Of a stretch of 64,000 nucleotides of DNA, positions 1-8,634 are shown one piece after another. The notes under the pieces are model-generated. The model was not told the DNA's origin and did not search any database. It was given only the letters and a program-made list of their open reading frames with translations. Origin of the DNA: Giardia intestinalis (lineage: Eukaryota); assembly GCA_000002435.2 (NCBI GenBank), contig CM018792.1, one strand, 5' to 3'. Position numbers and translations under genes: made by a program. Within the stretch, counting starts at the first letter, position 1; every line of letters starts with the position of its first letter.

Positions 1-2460
1 AAAGAGGACAAGCACACTCCGGTGATTTCTTCTCCTGATACACGCAGAATAGGGAACTCCAAGAAGTCATCTCCTTTTGAGGGGCCGTTATATCAGCATG
101 CTCAGCACGCTATCGCGCGCAATGAGGTCTCTGATACTCAGGACCATGTCCCTAGCTATAAAGATCCTGTCGGTATTAAAAAGGCACTGGATGACGCCAT
201 ATTTGAATACCCAGAAATTCCTGAAAAGGTCATGACCAAGATGATACAGCGCGTTGCCTCTCAGGTTGATCGGGACCCCAATATTACTGAGGAGATGGCC
301 AAGCAGCTTTTCAAGGAGGAGATAGACAGCTTCTTGATAAAAGCTGCTGCAGAAAAGGGTGACAAAGTTGAGCTGGCGTTAGCGTACAGCAATATGGCGT
401 CATCTAAGGTCGGGTTAATATCCGGTGACTCAGGAAAGAAAGTGGCTCCACCAGGCCTTGCTGACGAGGACAGTGCGCCGTCGATGACACTTCCTGAGCA
501 AAATGATCCGCACTATGCTCCTTATAACACGGGGGCGCATCCCACTAGATATCAGCGGTCTCATTTGACGTCTGTCAGGACCCATCCAACAACCACAGAA
601 ACAGATCATGCAGGTGTCATGGAATCCAACAGATCATCTTCAGCAACGGATCTCACCCAGATGAGTCTATCAGACTATACTAATATACCTGTTCCGAAAA
701 TAGAAAAGATCAAGCCAGCCTCTTCATATGCGTCAGAAACCAGCGTTGACTATGTTATACAGAGGACAAACTTCGATAGGGAGATCCCTTACGAGGGCAC
801 TACACCCCACAGTATTCCCAATCCATTTACACACGCGCAGGGCACCCGTCAGCTGTCTCCAGAAAGGTATAGATATTCTCCGCAGGACGAATACCTGGAG
901 CGCGAGTCATCTGACTTCAAAAATCTTCAGCATGCTGATCTTCAGCCTATAAAGGTCGTCCCCACTATCACTAATCCCACGTATCTACCGCAGCAACACA
1001 TCAAGGCCTCCCCTCCTCCAGCCGATAACACAAACGAGTATGAGTTCAATGACTTGTGCGAGGAGCTCGACAGTACAACTCAAGGAATTGATACAACGGT
1101 GATACCGTTAATTCCAGACAACTACAAATTTGACGACTTAGACCCCAGCCAGCTACAAAACAAGCCTGTAATAGACATTGAACATGAACTCAATCTTGGC
1201 AACACACTACAAGCAGAGGAGCCAACAGATGGATACGACCGATATATGACTCAAAAGGAAAAGCTCTCTCGGCAGAATTTTTTTGATGGAGCGGCTGGTC
1301 TGCCAGTAATAACAACAGAGGTAGATCAGCCTGATCATGACACTCTTGTAAAAAGGGTTATGGATGACGAATCAAAGGACTGGGACACGCAGATAAATGA
1401 GCAGCTGGACTTTGTCGACGAAGAGAGCGACAGCGAGCCGGTCGACCTGCAACAGGGAGCCTCTGTGGAGCCTGCTTTGGCGGATGCTGCACCTGCCACT
1501 ACTACTAATACTACCGTCCTCCCTCAAGAGCTTATTTCGGCGAGCAAAAGTTTTGGCATTGATGAATCAATATTAAATCTGCACCATCATGCAATCTCTT
1601 CTGGTAACAATTCAGATTATAATGAGGCACCTAGTATACCTGGAGCGCCTGACGAGTCTCTAGAAAACCCTCCTTTGGGTTCTAAAACAACAGATACCGT
1701 TAATATTGAGCACCCAGAATATATAGTAGATCATCGAGAAGAAGCACAGTACAACGAGCTTACCAACGAAAAAGATAGCGGATTTAAATCCGATCTAGTG
1801 CCAGCGACGCACCCTGAGCCTTCCAATTCGCAGATGATACAGCATCCAGAAGAGCTAGAGTTAGAACCGGAGCCGCGCCAGCCGATACTTTACGAACCAG
1901 ATCCAAATGTCACTAGCAAAGAAGTCGAGCAGTACGTTGACGTCTTTTGTACTTTTATCGAAAACGCTACCGACGTTTCCGTCTCCTTGGACGCACTCAT
2001 TGATGTAGATAATAAGACAACGCATCTATCTGCGCTCTTTGATTGCTGCATAATGGCGCTATCTAGTGTTGGGCTTTGCGTCGTATCACAGTTGAGCAAG
2101 GCGGTCATCACAGACTGCGACGCCTTGGAAGCAGACTATTTGGACAACAATGGGTTTTACAAGTTTACCCTGGAACCTATCGATCACTTCGTTGATGTAT
2201 TTCTTATTAAAGACAGATTTCGAGCTGCACTGGCTGAGGGATATGCAAAGGACATGACCCGGCTTCATGCGTATTTAGCTCAGCAGCTTAAAGCGGCTGC
2301 TACTGTTCAACCTTCATATACAGCTGCAGTAACTGCGGGTGTTAAGCAAACAGAACAGATCTTCTTTGATGAAATGGATGCTGTACAGCTATCTCGTGAA
2401 ATCGCAGATAGGGTTCTAGATGACGTTGCTAGCGAAGTTGCAGCCCTGTTTTCCTTGTAA
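1..2460 (+). CDS. Acidic hypothetical protein, 5'-partial (frame is open to the window start; the track starts it at GTG, position 22)
   Basis: Long ORF of 812+ aa with no stop between position 1 and 2460. It is acidic, Ser/Thr/Pro-rich, and has a structured C-terminal region. No recognisable domain. Confidence 0.6.
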   Translation, partial: KEDKHTPVISSPDTRRIGNSKKSSPFEGPLYQHAQHAIARNEVSDTQDHVPSYKDPVGIKKALDDAIFEYPEIPEKVMTKMIQRVASQVDRDPNITEEMAKQLFKEEIDSFLIKAAAEKGDKVELALAYSNMASSKVGLISGDSGKKVAPPGLADEDSAPSMTLPEQNDPHYAPYNTGAHPTRYQRSHLTSVRTHPTTTETDHAGVMESNRSSSATDLTQMSLSDYTNIPVPKIEKIKPASSYASETSVDYVIQRTNFDREIPYEGTTPHSIPNPFTHAQGTRQLSPERYRYSPQDEYLERESSDFKNLQHADLQPIKVVPTITNPTYLPQQHIKASPPPADNTNEYEFNDLCEELDSTTQGIDTTVIPLIPDNYKFDDLDPSQLQNKPVIDIEHELNLGNTLQAEEPTDGYDRYMTQKEKLSRQNFFDGAAGLPVITTEVDQPDHDTLVKRVMDDESKDWDTQINEQLDFVDEESDSEPVDLQQGASVEPALADAAPATTTNTTVLPQELISASKSFGIDESILNLHHHAISSGNNSDYNEAPSIPGAPDESLENPPLGSKTTDTVNIEHPEYIVDHREEAQYNELTNEKDSGFKSDLVPATHPEPSNSQMIQHPEELELEPEPRQPILYEPDPNVTSKEVEQYVDVFCTFIENATDVSVSLDALIDVDNKTTHLSALFDCCIMALSSVGLCVVSQLSKAVITDCDALEADYLDNNGFYKFTLEPIDHFVDVFLIKDRFRAALAEGYAKDMTRLHAYLAQQLKAAATVQPSYTAAVTAGVKQTEQIFFDEMDAVQLSREIADRVLDDVASEVAALFSL

Positions 2461-2520
2461 ATTTCCCTCTTTGACAGAAGCGAATTAAAAAATTAGGCGT
2501 TTTGCCACTGGCCTTCTTTG

Positions 2521-3174
2521 ATGGTGAGTGACCATTCGCTGGATGTAATTCAAGAAATAAGCCAAGTGGTAGAGGCTAGCCCCAATCAAGCTGCAATAGA
2601 GCGCTCTCTATCCAAGGAGCGAGTAGATCGAGGGTCCTTCGGCGTACTAGACAACCTAGCGCTTCCTGTTCCTGGGGACGGTTCTACTAGGATAGCTTTT
2701 GGTGCTAGCGCGTCCTCCTCACCTGCGACTGTCTCTCATTCTAACAGACACACAGTCGGCTTTGCTTCAAGTGCCTCAAGACTGCCTCCCCCGACAACCT
2801 CGACTACGTTCCAGAATAACATGGTTATGGGAGCTCCTTCTAACCTTTCCACACTTGGCTCCATCAACGCAAGGTATGCGAGTACCCAGTACAGTAGAGA
2901 GCCAGACCCCCTGTCATGCGCACCCTCCGTTGCTCTGTCCACTGGACAACAGCTCCACATGCCACTCACGCTTGACACATTTCTTGATATGGAAGTGAAA
3001 ACGATTAACTCGCTTATGGATGGAGTCACGCGCATTAGCAACAAGCTCAGAGACATTGGAATAAGTTTTAGGCAACGACAGATCTCCTCAAGAGAGCGAA
3101 TCGCGGATGTGGTGGGCAGGATATTCGACGAAACCATTATCGAAGTCTACAAAAAGCCCCTCACGGAGGACTGA
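2521..3174 (+). CDS. Hypothetical protein with a low-complexity middle region
   Basis: ORF of 217 aa from the ATG one codon after the track's TTG start. Its C-terminal 70 aa look globular. A 133-aa antisense ORF competes with it, and its 3' end overlaps the next gene by about 14 nt. Confidence 0.35.
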   Translation: MVSDHSLDVIQEISQVVEASPNQAAIERSLSKERVDRGSFGVLDNLALPVPGDGSTRIAFGASASSSPATVSHSNRHTVGFASSASRLPPPTTSTTFQNNMVMGAPSNLSTLGSINARYASTQYSREPDPLSCAPSVALSTGQQLHMPLTLDTFLDMEVKTINSLMDGVTRISNKLRDIGISFRQRQISSRERIADVVGRIFDETIIEVYKKPLTED

Positions 3175-4066
3175 AGCAGCGAGTAAGATCATTGTGCCTG
3201 GGAGTACCCTTGATCATCCCTTTGTGATAGCACGGTGAGAAGTCAAAGAATGAACTCGCACAAAGCGTTCCCAAGGCAAAGGTGAAATATATGCGCTCGT
3301 CCATCTGTGGCCAAGGAAAGTTGACAAGATGCAAAGTGTTTATGTTTCCAGTAACAGACTCCCCCTGTCCCAAGACATGGAACTGAACATCTTTAGGGAC
3401 AGATTCTTGAAAGATATAAGACGTTCCCCGGTTAATACAAACTACACTCTGGTCCCAGAGGAGGGTGCCTCTGCTAACGAGTAGAGGGATTAATTCTTGT
3501 ACATTGCCCTCATTTCGGACCTGCAAAGAGAACACGCCATCACCTAGGGGATTTCGTGCCTCCAAAACTGTTGGTGGGATTACTCTAGTCACAGTAAGTA
3601 TTATATTAGAGGAAAAACGCAGCACAGGTCTACCTGTCACAGCGCATCGGGGTCCTGAATGAAGCCCAGGAAAGGGGGCCTTGAATGGCGATATGAACTT
3701 GTCATTCTCGGTCACCCATCCGGGGACTCCCTTGTTGATCGTAGCTGCCAGTTCACGTATATCTGCCATACTTTGGCAAATGGTGTAAACGGTGTATAGC
3801 GGCGTGTTGTCAGCGACGTGTAAGGGCGTGAGATTTCCGCCCAGTAAGGCATATTGCCCCGAGCCTAGACCAGGCTTCTTGTCTGCTGCCATGATAACAA
3901 CTCCATCTACAGGAGGGTCGCCTCGCCATACTTCCACATCTCGAAGTGCAACTCTAAACAATGATAGGTCACCTGCTGTACCCATTGCATCACCTACTGA
4001 CATAATGCGACCTCCCAATAGACAAGAGCACTCGATGAGCCGAGTAATGTTTGTCTCTGATGGCAT
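3161..4066 (-). CDS. Hypothetical conserved-looking protein of about 301 aa
   Basis: ORF from the ATG at the third codon of the track ORF (the track start is TTG). The composition is globular and Gly-rich (PGLGSGQYALLGG). I could not assign a domain. Confidence 0.5.
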   Translation of the reverse strand: MPSETNITRLIECSCLLGGRIMSVGDAMGTAGDLSLFRVALRDVEVWRGDPPVDGVVIMAADKKPGLGSGQYALLGGNLTPLHVADNTPLYTVYTICQSMADIRELAATINKGVPGWVTENDKFISPFKAPFPGLHSGPRCAVTGRPVLRFSSNIILTVTRVIPPTVLEARNPLGDGVFSLQVRNEGNVQELIPLLVSRGTLLWDQSVVCINRGTSYIFQESVPKDVQFHVLGQGESVTGNINTLHLVNFPWPQMDERIYFTFALGTLCASSFFDFSPCYHKGMIKGTPRHNDLTRCFSPP

Positions 4067-4204
4067 TATCAAATTTTAGCGTAAGAAAAGGTGACAAACC
4101 GAGAACGAACGCAGAGCTGCTAGAGATTTGCATGAGCTTATTAAGTAGCGCGCATTTACAAGTGCCGTGATATTAAGAAGGTAAGGCACTTTCAAGGCTT
4201 TAAT

Positions 4205-5293
4205 TTAAACTGACAAGGTATTGGAAACACTGGAGCTAATGGCTGTAGCGGCTGTCTCAGCTGCCCTTCTGGAAAAGACTCTCAGAAGTGCTCGTCGTGT
4301 TTTAGACAATCCACGATAGAACATACTAACCGTCGCCCCCCACGACCTTTGAAGCCATCCCTGTGCTTCGCCAGACGATGAGGGAGACGTGTTTGTGGTT
4401 ATATCCTTACTATTATGCTCTAGACTTACTTGTGGAGCATGTTGGACTTCCTCTGTGCAATTGGTAGTACACCCCTCGGGCTTCTTAGAAACTGTCCTCG
4501 TGGCCGACTTAGATGCTGCACGCTTAACTATTGACTGTGGCACCTGCAGTCCTTGAGTAAGTTGACCCAGCACACCTGCTTTTTTAGCAAAGTATTCCTC
4601 TATTTTTGTTCGCTTGACAACAGGGGCACTTGCGGCTGGTCTCATAATCTTAGGATGGCGAGGAGTAATGGAAGGTACGGGCCGAGTCTCAGGGACAGCA
4701 TTCTCTATCCCTTTGAGGAAAAGGTGTATGGTTTGTTGATTTTGCTTCTGTGCATATGCTGCAGCTGCCCTTACATCATCTGCTACTACACTCTGACTCT
4801 TCTCTATCAGCTTTTTCACCACCACAAGGCGCCCTGCCCGGATGGCATGAAAGAGCGCCGTCTCGTTATTGTTATCCTTCATGAAATCCATATATGGGCA
4901 GAGAAACTCTACTATTTGAAGATGGCCGCACTGTACTGCTAGCATTAGCGCCGTGGTTCCGTCTCGGAGAACATAGCAACATTCTCTCTCAATAAGAAGT
5001 TCGCACACCTTCAAGTTATTGGCACATGCGGCATACATCAGGGCTGTGTATCCATCCGAGTTTCCCAGCGTGTACTCAAAGTAGAGCAGTGCTTTGACAA
5101 TGTCTAGTTGATTGAAGTAGGCCGCAAGCATAAGACCCGACTCACTCAGGCTATTCACCTTTGCCTTGCATTTTGCAATATTGTCTCGTACAAACTGCAA
5201 GTCTCCGAGCTGGCAGGCCGTTAGCCAGGCCTCGAGATCGTCAGTCATTTCGTTTTTAAACCGGGCTTTGAGAAAGCCGTGTGAAGTATCCAT
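4205..5293 (-). CDS. Ankyrin-repeat protein (Giardia 'protein 21.1'-like)
   Basis: Several ankyrin-like units, each a G-x-TALM-x-AA element followed by a short helix and then LL/LI-E-x-x (for example GYTALMYAACANNLKVCELLIE and GTTALMLAVQCGHLQIVEFL). The start is ATG. Confidence 0.8.
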   Translation of the reverse strand: MDTSHGFLKARFKNEMTDDLEAWLTACQLGDLQFVRDNIAKCKAKVNSLSESGLMLAAYFNQLDIVKALLYFEYTLGNSDGYTALMYAACANNLKVCELLIERECCYVLRDGTTALMLAVQCGHLQIVEFLCPYMDFMKDNNNETALFHAIRAGRLVVVKKLIEKSQSVVADDVRAAAAYAQKQNQQTIHLFLKGIENAVPETRPVPSITPRHPKIMRPAASAPVVKRTKIEEYFAKKAGVLGQLTQGLQVPQSIVKRAASKSATRTVSKKPEGCTTNCTEEVQHAPQVSLEHNSKDITTNTSPSSSGEAQGWLQRSWGATVSMFYRGLSKTRRALLRVFSRRAAETAATAISSSVSNTLSV

Positions 5294-5404
5294 TCCCTAC
5301 TATTCTCTTACCACCCTATGCTTATGTTACTGATTGGCAAGGACTCTGTACGAAGGTCTGAGCATCTTCACCTCTAACAATAAGAAGCCGGCCAGAAAAA
5401 AATC

Positions 5405-7030
5405 ATGCTTTTCATCTTGGCGCTCCTGGGACTCTTATTATCAGATACTCCAGCATGGTGTCTTGGGGACCAAGTTCTGGGCGTATGGAGCCTGCAGTTT
5501 ACTGACTTTAAGTACTCAGGAGGGAACGGGACAGACAGATTTGAGTGCCCAGCCAATATAGCAGCTACTACTACGAAGAGGATACGACTGCTGGCTCCCA
5601 ACATTGCAATCAACGAGCAAACGGGCGCCACGGGCACTTGGACCATGGCGTACACGGAGGGCCTCGAGATACGCCTTAACGGTCTTAATTATCTGTTCTA
5701 CTTTGCATGGAAGGAGTATCCGCTGGAGGGTAGGGTGATGGTCAATTCTTCTTGCTGGCTATCAGCGCCAGGCATGGGGTGGGTCAAGAAGGACGGAATA
5801 GGGAATGCATCCCAGGCTTGTCTCTATGCGGAGCTTATTAGCGCGGACTCCAGCACGCTTTACAACATTAGGGACGAGAATGCACCGGGACCAGTGAACC
5901 CGACAGACCAGACAAGTCAGGGAGAAGCCTTATTATCGCGCCACGCGACCCTACCTTCGAGGAAGCTTCCAGTTCCACTACCTACAGGGGCTCACTATCG
6001 GAAGCTTCTCTCTGCTAACAAGCTCAGATATGCCAAGCGTGAATTTCGCAGGGAATTCTCGCACAATCTTTTCGGATTTGGGTCTGAATCTGAGACACGT
6101 AATGTACCGTATAAAGGCGATACTCTTCCGGATGACTTCGACTGGCGAGATGTCAATGGTGTCAGCTACATTCCTGGGGTCTTGGACCAAGGCGCTTGTG
6201 GCTCTTGCTTCACCTTTGGCGCAGTGCAGGCTATGAATAGTCGCATCATGATAGCCACCAATAGAACAGATCCTGTAGGTACGAAGACAATCCTGTCCAC
6301 TGAGCACGCTTTAGATTGCAATGTATACAGTCAGGGCTGCGACGGGGGCTTTCCAGAGCATGTCCTGAGGTTTGCAGAGACCAACGGGATAATGACAGAG
6401 GACGATTACTACATACCATATACTTCGGGGACGGACGGAGTAACGCGAGAGTGCAAGACATCTCCTGGCTCCAGGCGCTACTACTTCACGGCAGGCCAGC
6501 AGTTGGGTGGCTACTATGGAGCTGTCACCGATCCGGTTGAGATGCAATGGGAGCTCTACAGGCACGGTCCCTACCCTGTTAGCATATATGTCGATTCTGA
6601 TGGATACTTCTCCAGAGGGGATCTTTACGGTCCAGCGGACAATCACGAAACGGTTGATTCAGACGACCCCGAACGCCACTACTTCATCAGTGAGGTGAAC
6701 CATTGTGTTCTGCTCATAGGCTGGGGCACATTTGCAAACGGAACAAAGTACTGGATCATCCTGAATTCATGGGGTGAATCATGGAATGACCGGGGGACAA
6801 TGAAGATAGCAATGGGCACAAATGCATATGGAATAGAGTCATCGCCGACAACGCTGTACTGGATTCCTCATAATCCAGTTAGCAGCCAGCCCCAGGTGCA
6901 CATAAGATTTATTCTGCGCGCCCTTTTGTTCCTTGTCGCTGGGTTATGTGGACTTTCAGTCATCGGGCTCCTGATCGCTATTTGCGTAGTTAAGTCCCGC
7001 GGGACAAAATACCGTCCAATAATTGCATAA
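5405..7030 (+). CDS. Cathepsin C / dipeptidyl peptidase I-like papain-family cysteine protease with a C-terminal transmembrane anchor
   Basis: Signal peptide, then DTPAWC...LGVW (matches the cathepsin C exclusion domain, which starts DTPANCTY..LLGTW). Catalytic Cys in QGACGSCFTFGA, His in VNHCVLLIGWG, Asn in ILNSWGESW. The C-terminal hydrophobic helix is LLFLVAGLCGLSVIGLLIAICVV, followed by basic residues. Confidence 0.85.
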   Translation: MLFILALLGLLLSDTPAWCLGDQVLGVWSLQFTDFKYSGGNGTDRFECPANIAATTTKRIRLLAPNIAINEQTGATGTWTMAYTEGLEIRLNGLNYLFYFAWKEYPLEGRVMVNSSCWLSAPGMGWVKKDGIGNASQACLYAELISADSSTLYNIRDENAPGPVNPTDQTSQGEALLSRHATLPSRKLPVPLPTGAHYRKLLSANKLRYAKREFRREFSHNLFGFGSESETRNVPYKGDTLPDDFDWRDVNGVSYIPGVLDQGACGSCFTFGAVQAMNSRIMIATNRTDPVGTKTILSTEHALDCNVYSQGCDGGFPEHVLRFAETNGIMTEDDYYIPYTSGTDGVTRECKTSPGSRRYYFTAGQQLGGYYGAVTDPVEMQWELYRHGPYPVSIYVDSDGYFSRGDLYGPADNHETVDSDDPERHYFISEVNHCVLLIGWGTFANGTKYWIILNSWGESWNDRGTMKIAMGTNAYGIESSPTTLYWIPHNPVSSQPQVHIRFILRALLFLVAGLCGLSVIGLLIAICVVKSRGTKYRPIIA

Positions 7031-7127
7031 AATCACTTCCATCTCAACACTTGCCCTTGTCTATCGCTCTTCTGAGCATCCTAGACATCTATTTTCACCA
7101 AGCAAGATTCCCGTTCGCACGTTGTAA

Positions 7128-7143
7128 ACACACACACACACAC
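7128..7143. repeat. (AC)8 dinucleotide microsatellite in an intergenic region
   Basis: acacacacacacacac read directly from the sequence. Confidence 0.6.
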
Positions 7144-7205
7144 TTTCCCGCGAAGTTGAGCCGGTAGGTCAGAAAAGTGTAGAGCTAGATTTACTTGCAG
7201 ATGGC

Positions 7206-7802
7206 TCATATTTCGACCATTATGTCAAGATCATTAGAAGCAGCTACCTGCCCCGGAAGCGAAACGGGTATGTCTGCGAAGTTTTCTTCATCAATCTCCG
7301 CCATTAGGTTCGCTAGGTCATTAGCAATTGCTGAGGCCTTGTCTCTATCGCCTTCATTAAGCTGTGTAAGGAAATCTGCGCTCATTTGTTCATGCTCACG
7401 AATATTGCTCAGCAGATCTGCGGCCTGGTCTCCCATGGCAGCAGTGTTGTCAAGCATCTTAGTTGCCACTGTAGCAGACATCTTAAGCTCTATCTGCTCT
7501 CTGCGTGTTTCAAGAGAAGCAAGGACGGTAGAAAGTTGGTTCACGACTTGCGACGAAGTCTTTATCTGGCTATTGACGTTTTGCATAAGCTTCAACTTTC
7601 TCTCGGCTCCATCTTTATCATTTTTCTTGAGAAGCTCCTTGGCCTCCTCCCTCAAGGATGTGACTTTGGCTTGCTGCAGGGCAATTTCAGCCTCTTTGTC
7701 GGCTATCCCCTTGGTCATCTTCTCGATCTCCTTCTTGACGGTATCGAGCGCTTCCTTTGTCTTCTTGTCGTCATTGCCATCCTTTGTCTTTCTCTTGAAC
7801 AT
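7206..7802 (-). CDS. Snf7-family (ESCRT-III / CHMP-like) protein
   Basis: 198 aa. Lys-rich N-terminus (MFKRKTKDGNDDKKTK), a central heptad-rich helical region, and an acidic C-terminus (EIDEENFADIP). Size and charge polarity are typical of ESCRT-III subunits. The opposite-strand ORF 7195..7842 is Ser/Leu-rich antisense noise. Confidence 0.6.
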   Translation of the reverse strand: MFKRKTKDGNDDKKTKEALDTVKKEIEKMTKGIADKEAEIALQQAKVTSLREEAKELLKKNDKDGAERKLKLMQNVNSQIKTSSQVVNQLSTVLASLETRREQIELKMSATVATKMLDNTAAMGDQAADLLSNIREHEQMSADFLTQLNEGDRDKASAIANDLANLMAEIDEENFADIPVSLPGQVAASNDLDIMVEI

Positions 7803-7949
7803 TTTCTTTTTTAAATACTTGTCTTTGAGAGCAATTAACTAATTTTTTGGTTTGCTTGTTAAGCAAAGGGCTGAACGCAAATCGCTGGGACAGGCGTCGT
7901 CGTGTAGCCGTGTTGCGTAAGGGATAATACTCTTTCTTATGTGCAGTCT

Positions 7950-8555
7950 ATGGCTTATTTATTCGGACAATCAGGAGATTTTTTAAGAGAGGCCCTCGGC
8001 ATTTTATTTTCTATGAGTGCGGCAGCAGATGCTAAAAGAATCAAAGCACTTGACGCGGCCATCGCTGAGAAGCAGAAGAAAATTGAGCACTTGCGCAAGA
8101 AGTGCGCCACAGTCTTCCTGGGGATAAAAACGCTTTTATCTCAAGGGAAGGAAGACGAGGTGGAGCAACTTAAAATCGATCTAACCTTTATAAAAGAAGA
8201 CACACAGAACCTGAAATACGACATCTATGAGCTCAATATGGAGAAGCAATATCTACAAGAAAAGATTGAGTCTCAGAGAAAAGACAAGCACAAGAAAAAG
8301 TCCTCTTCGAAAGACGGAGACCTCGGTGAGATAGAGGAGAGGATTGCTGCCCTGTTGAAGAGCTCTGAAAAGTCAGCTGATGCTCAAGAGCAAATGGAAA
8401 GGATTGAGATTGAACAAATGGGGATGGAGGCTTTTAAAAAGAGCATGAGAGAAACAAATCCAGCAAAACGACAGGAGCTTGTTGGACTGTACAAACTATT
8501 ATGCAATGAACTGGACATCCCTATTGATGAGAACTGGCTTATGACTGCGTTTTGA
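7950..8555 (+). CDS. Coiled-coil protein, possibly a second divergent Snf7/ESCRT-III-like subunit
   Basis: Starts MAYLFGQSG at the first ATG (the track start is GTG). The M-x-x-LFG N-terminus is characteristic of ESCRT-III subunits. Basic helical N-half followed by a Lys/Glu-rich coiled coil. It diverges from the Snf7-like gene 7206..7802. Confidence 0.4.
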   Translation: MAYLFGQSGDFLREALGILFSMSAAADAKRIKALDAAIAEKQKKIEHLRKKCATVFLGIKTLLSQGKEDEVEQLKIDLTFIKEDTQNLKYDIYELNMEKQYLQEKIESQRKDKHKKKSSSKDGDLGEIEERIAALLKSSEKSADAQEQMERIEIEQMGMEAFKKSMRETNPAKRQELVGLYKLLCNELDIPIDENWLMTAF

Positions 8556-8634
8556 CTTTTATATCTAAGTAAACTGGGGATCTATACGCATGCTGACGAC
8601 CTGCCTGTGTCATAAAATTAATTAGTCCGATCTC

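Noticed and set aside
7195..7842. 215-aa + strand ORF overlapping the Snf7-like gene
   Set aside because: It is a Ser/Leu/Ala-rich antisense translation with a TTG start. The minus-strand product has a coherent ESCRT-III-like architecture.
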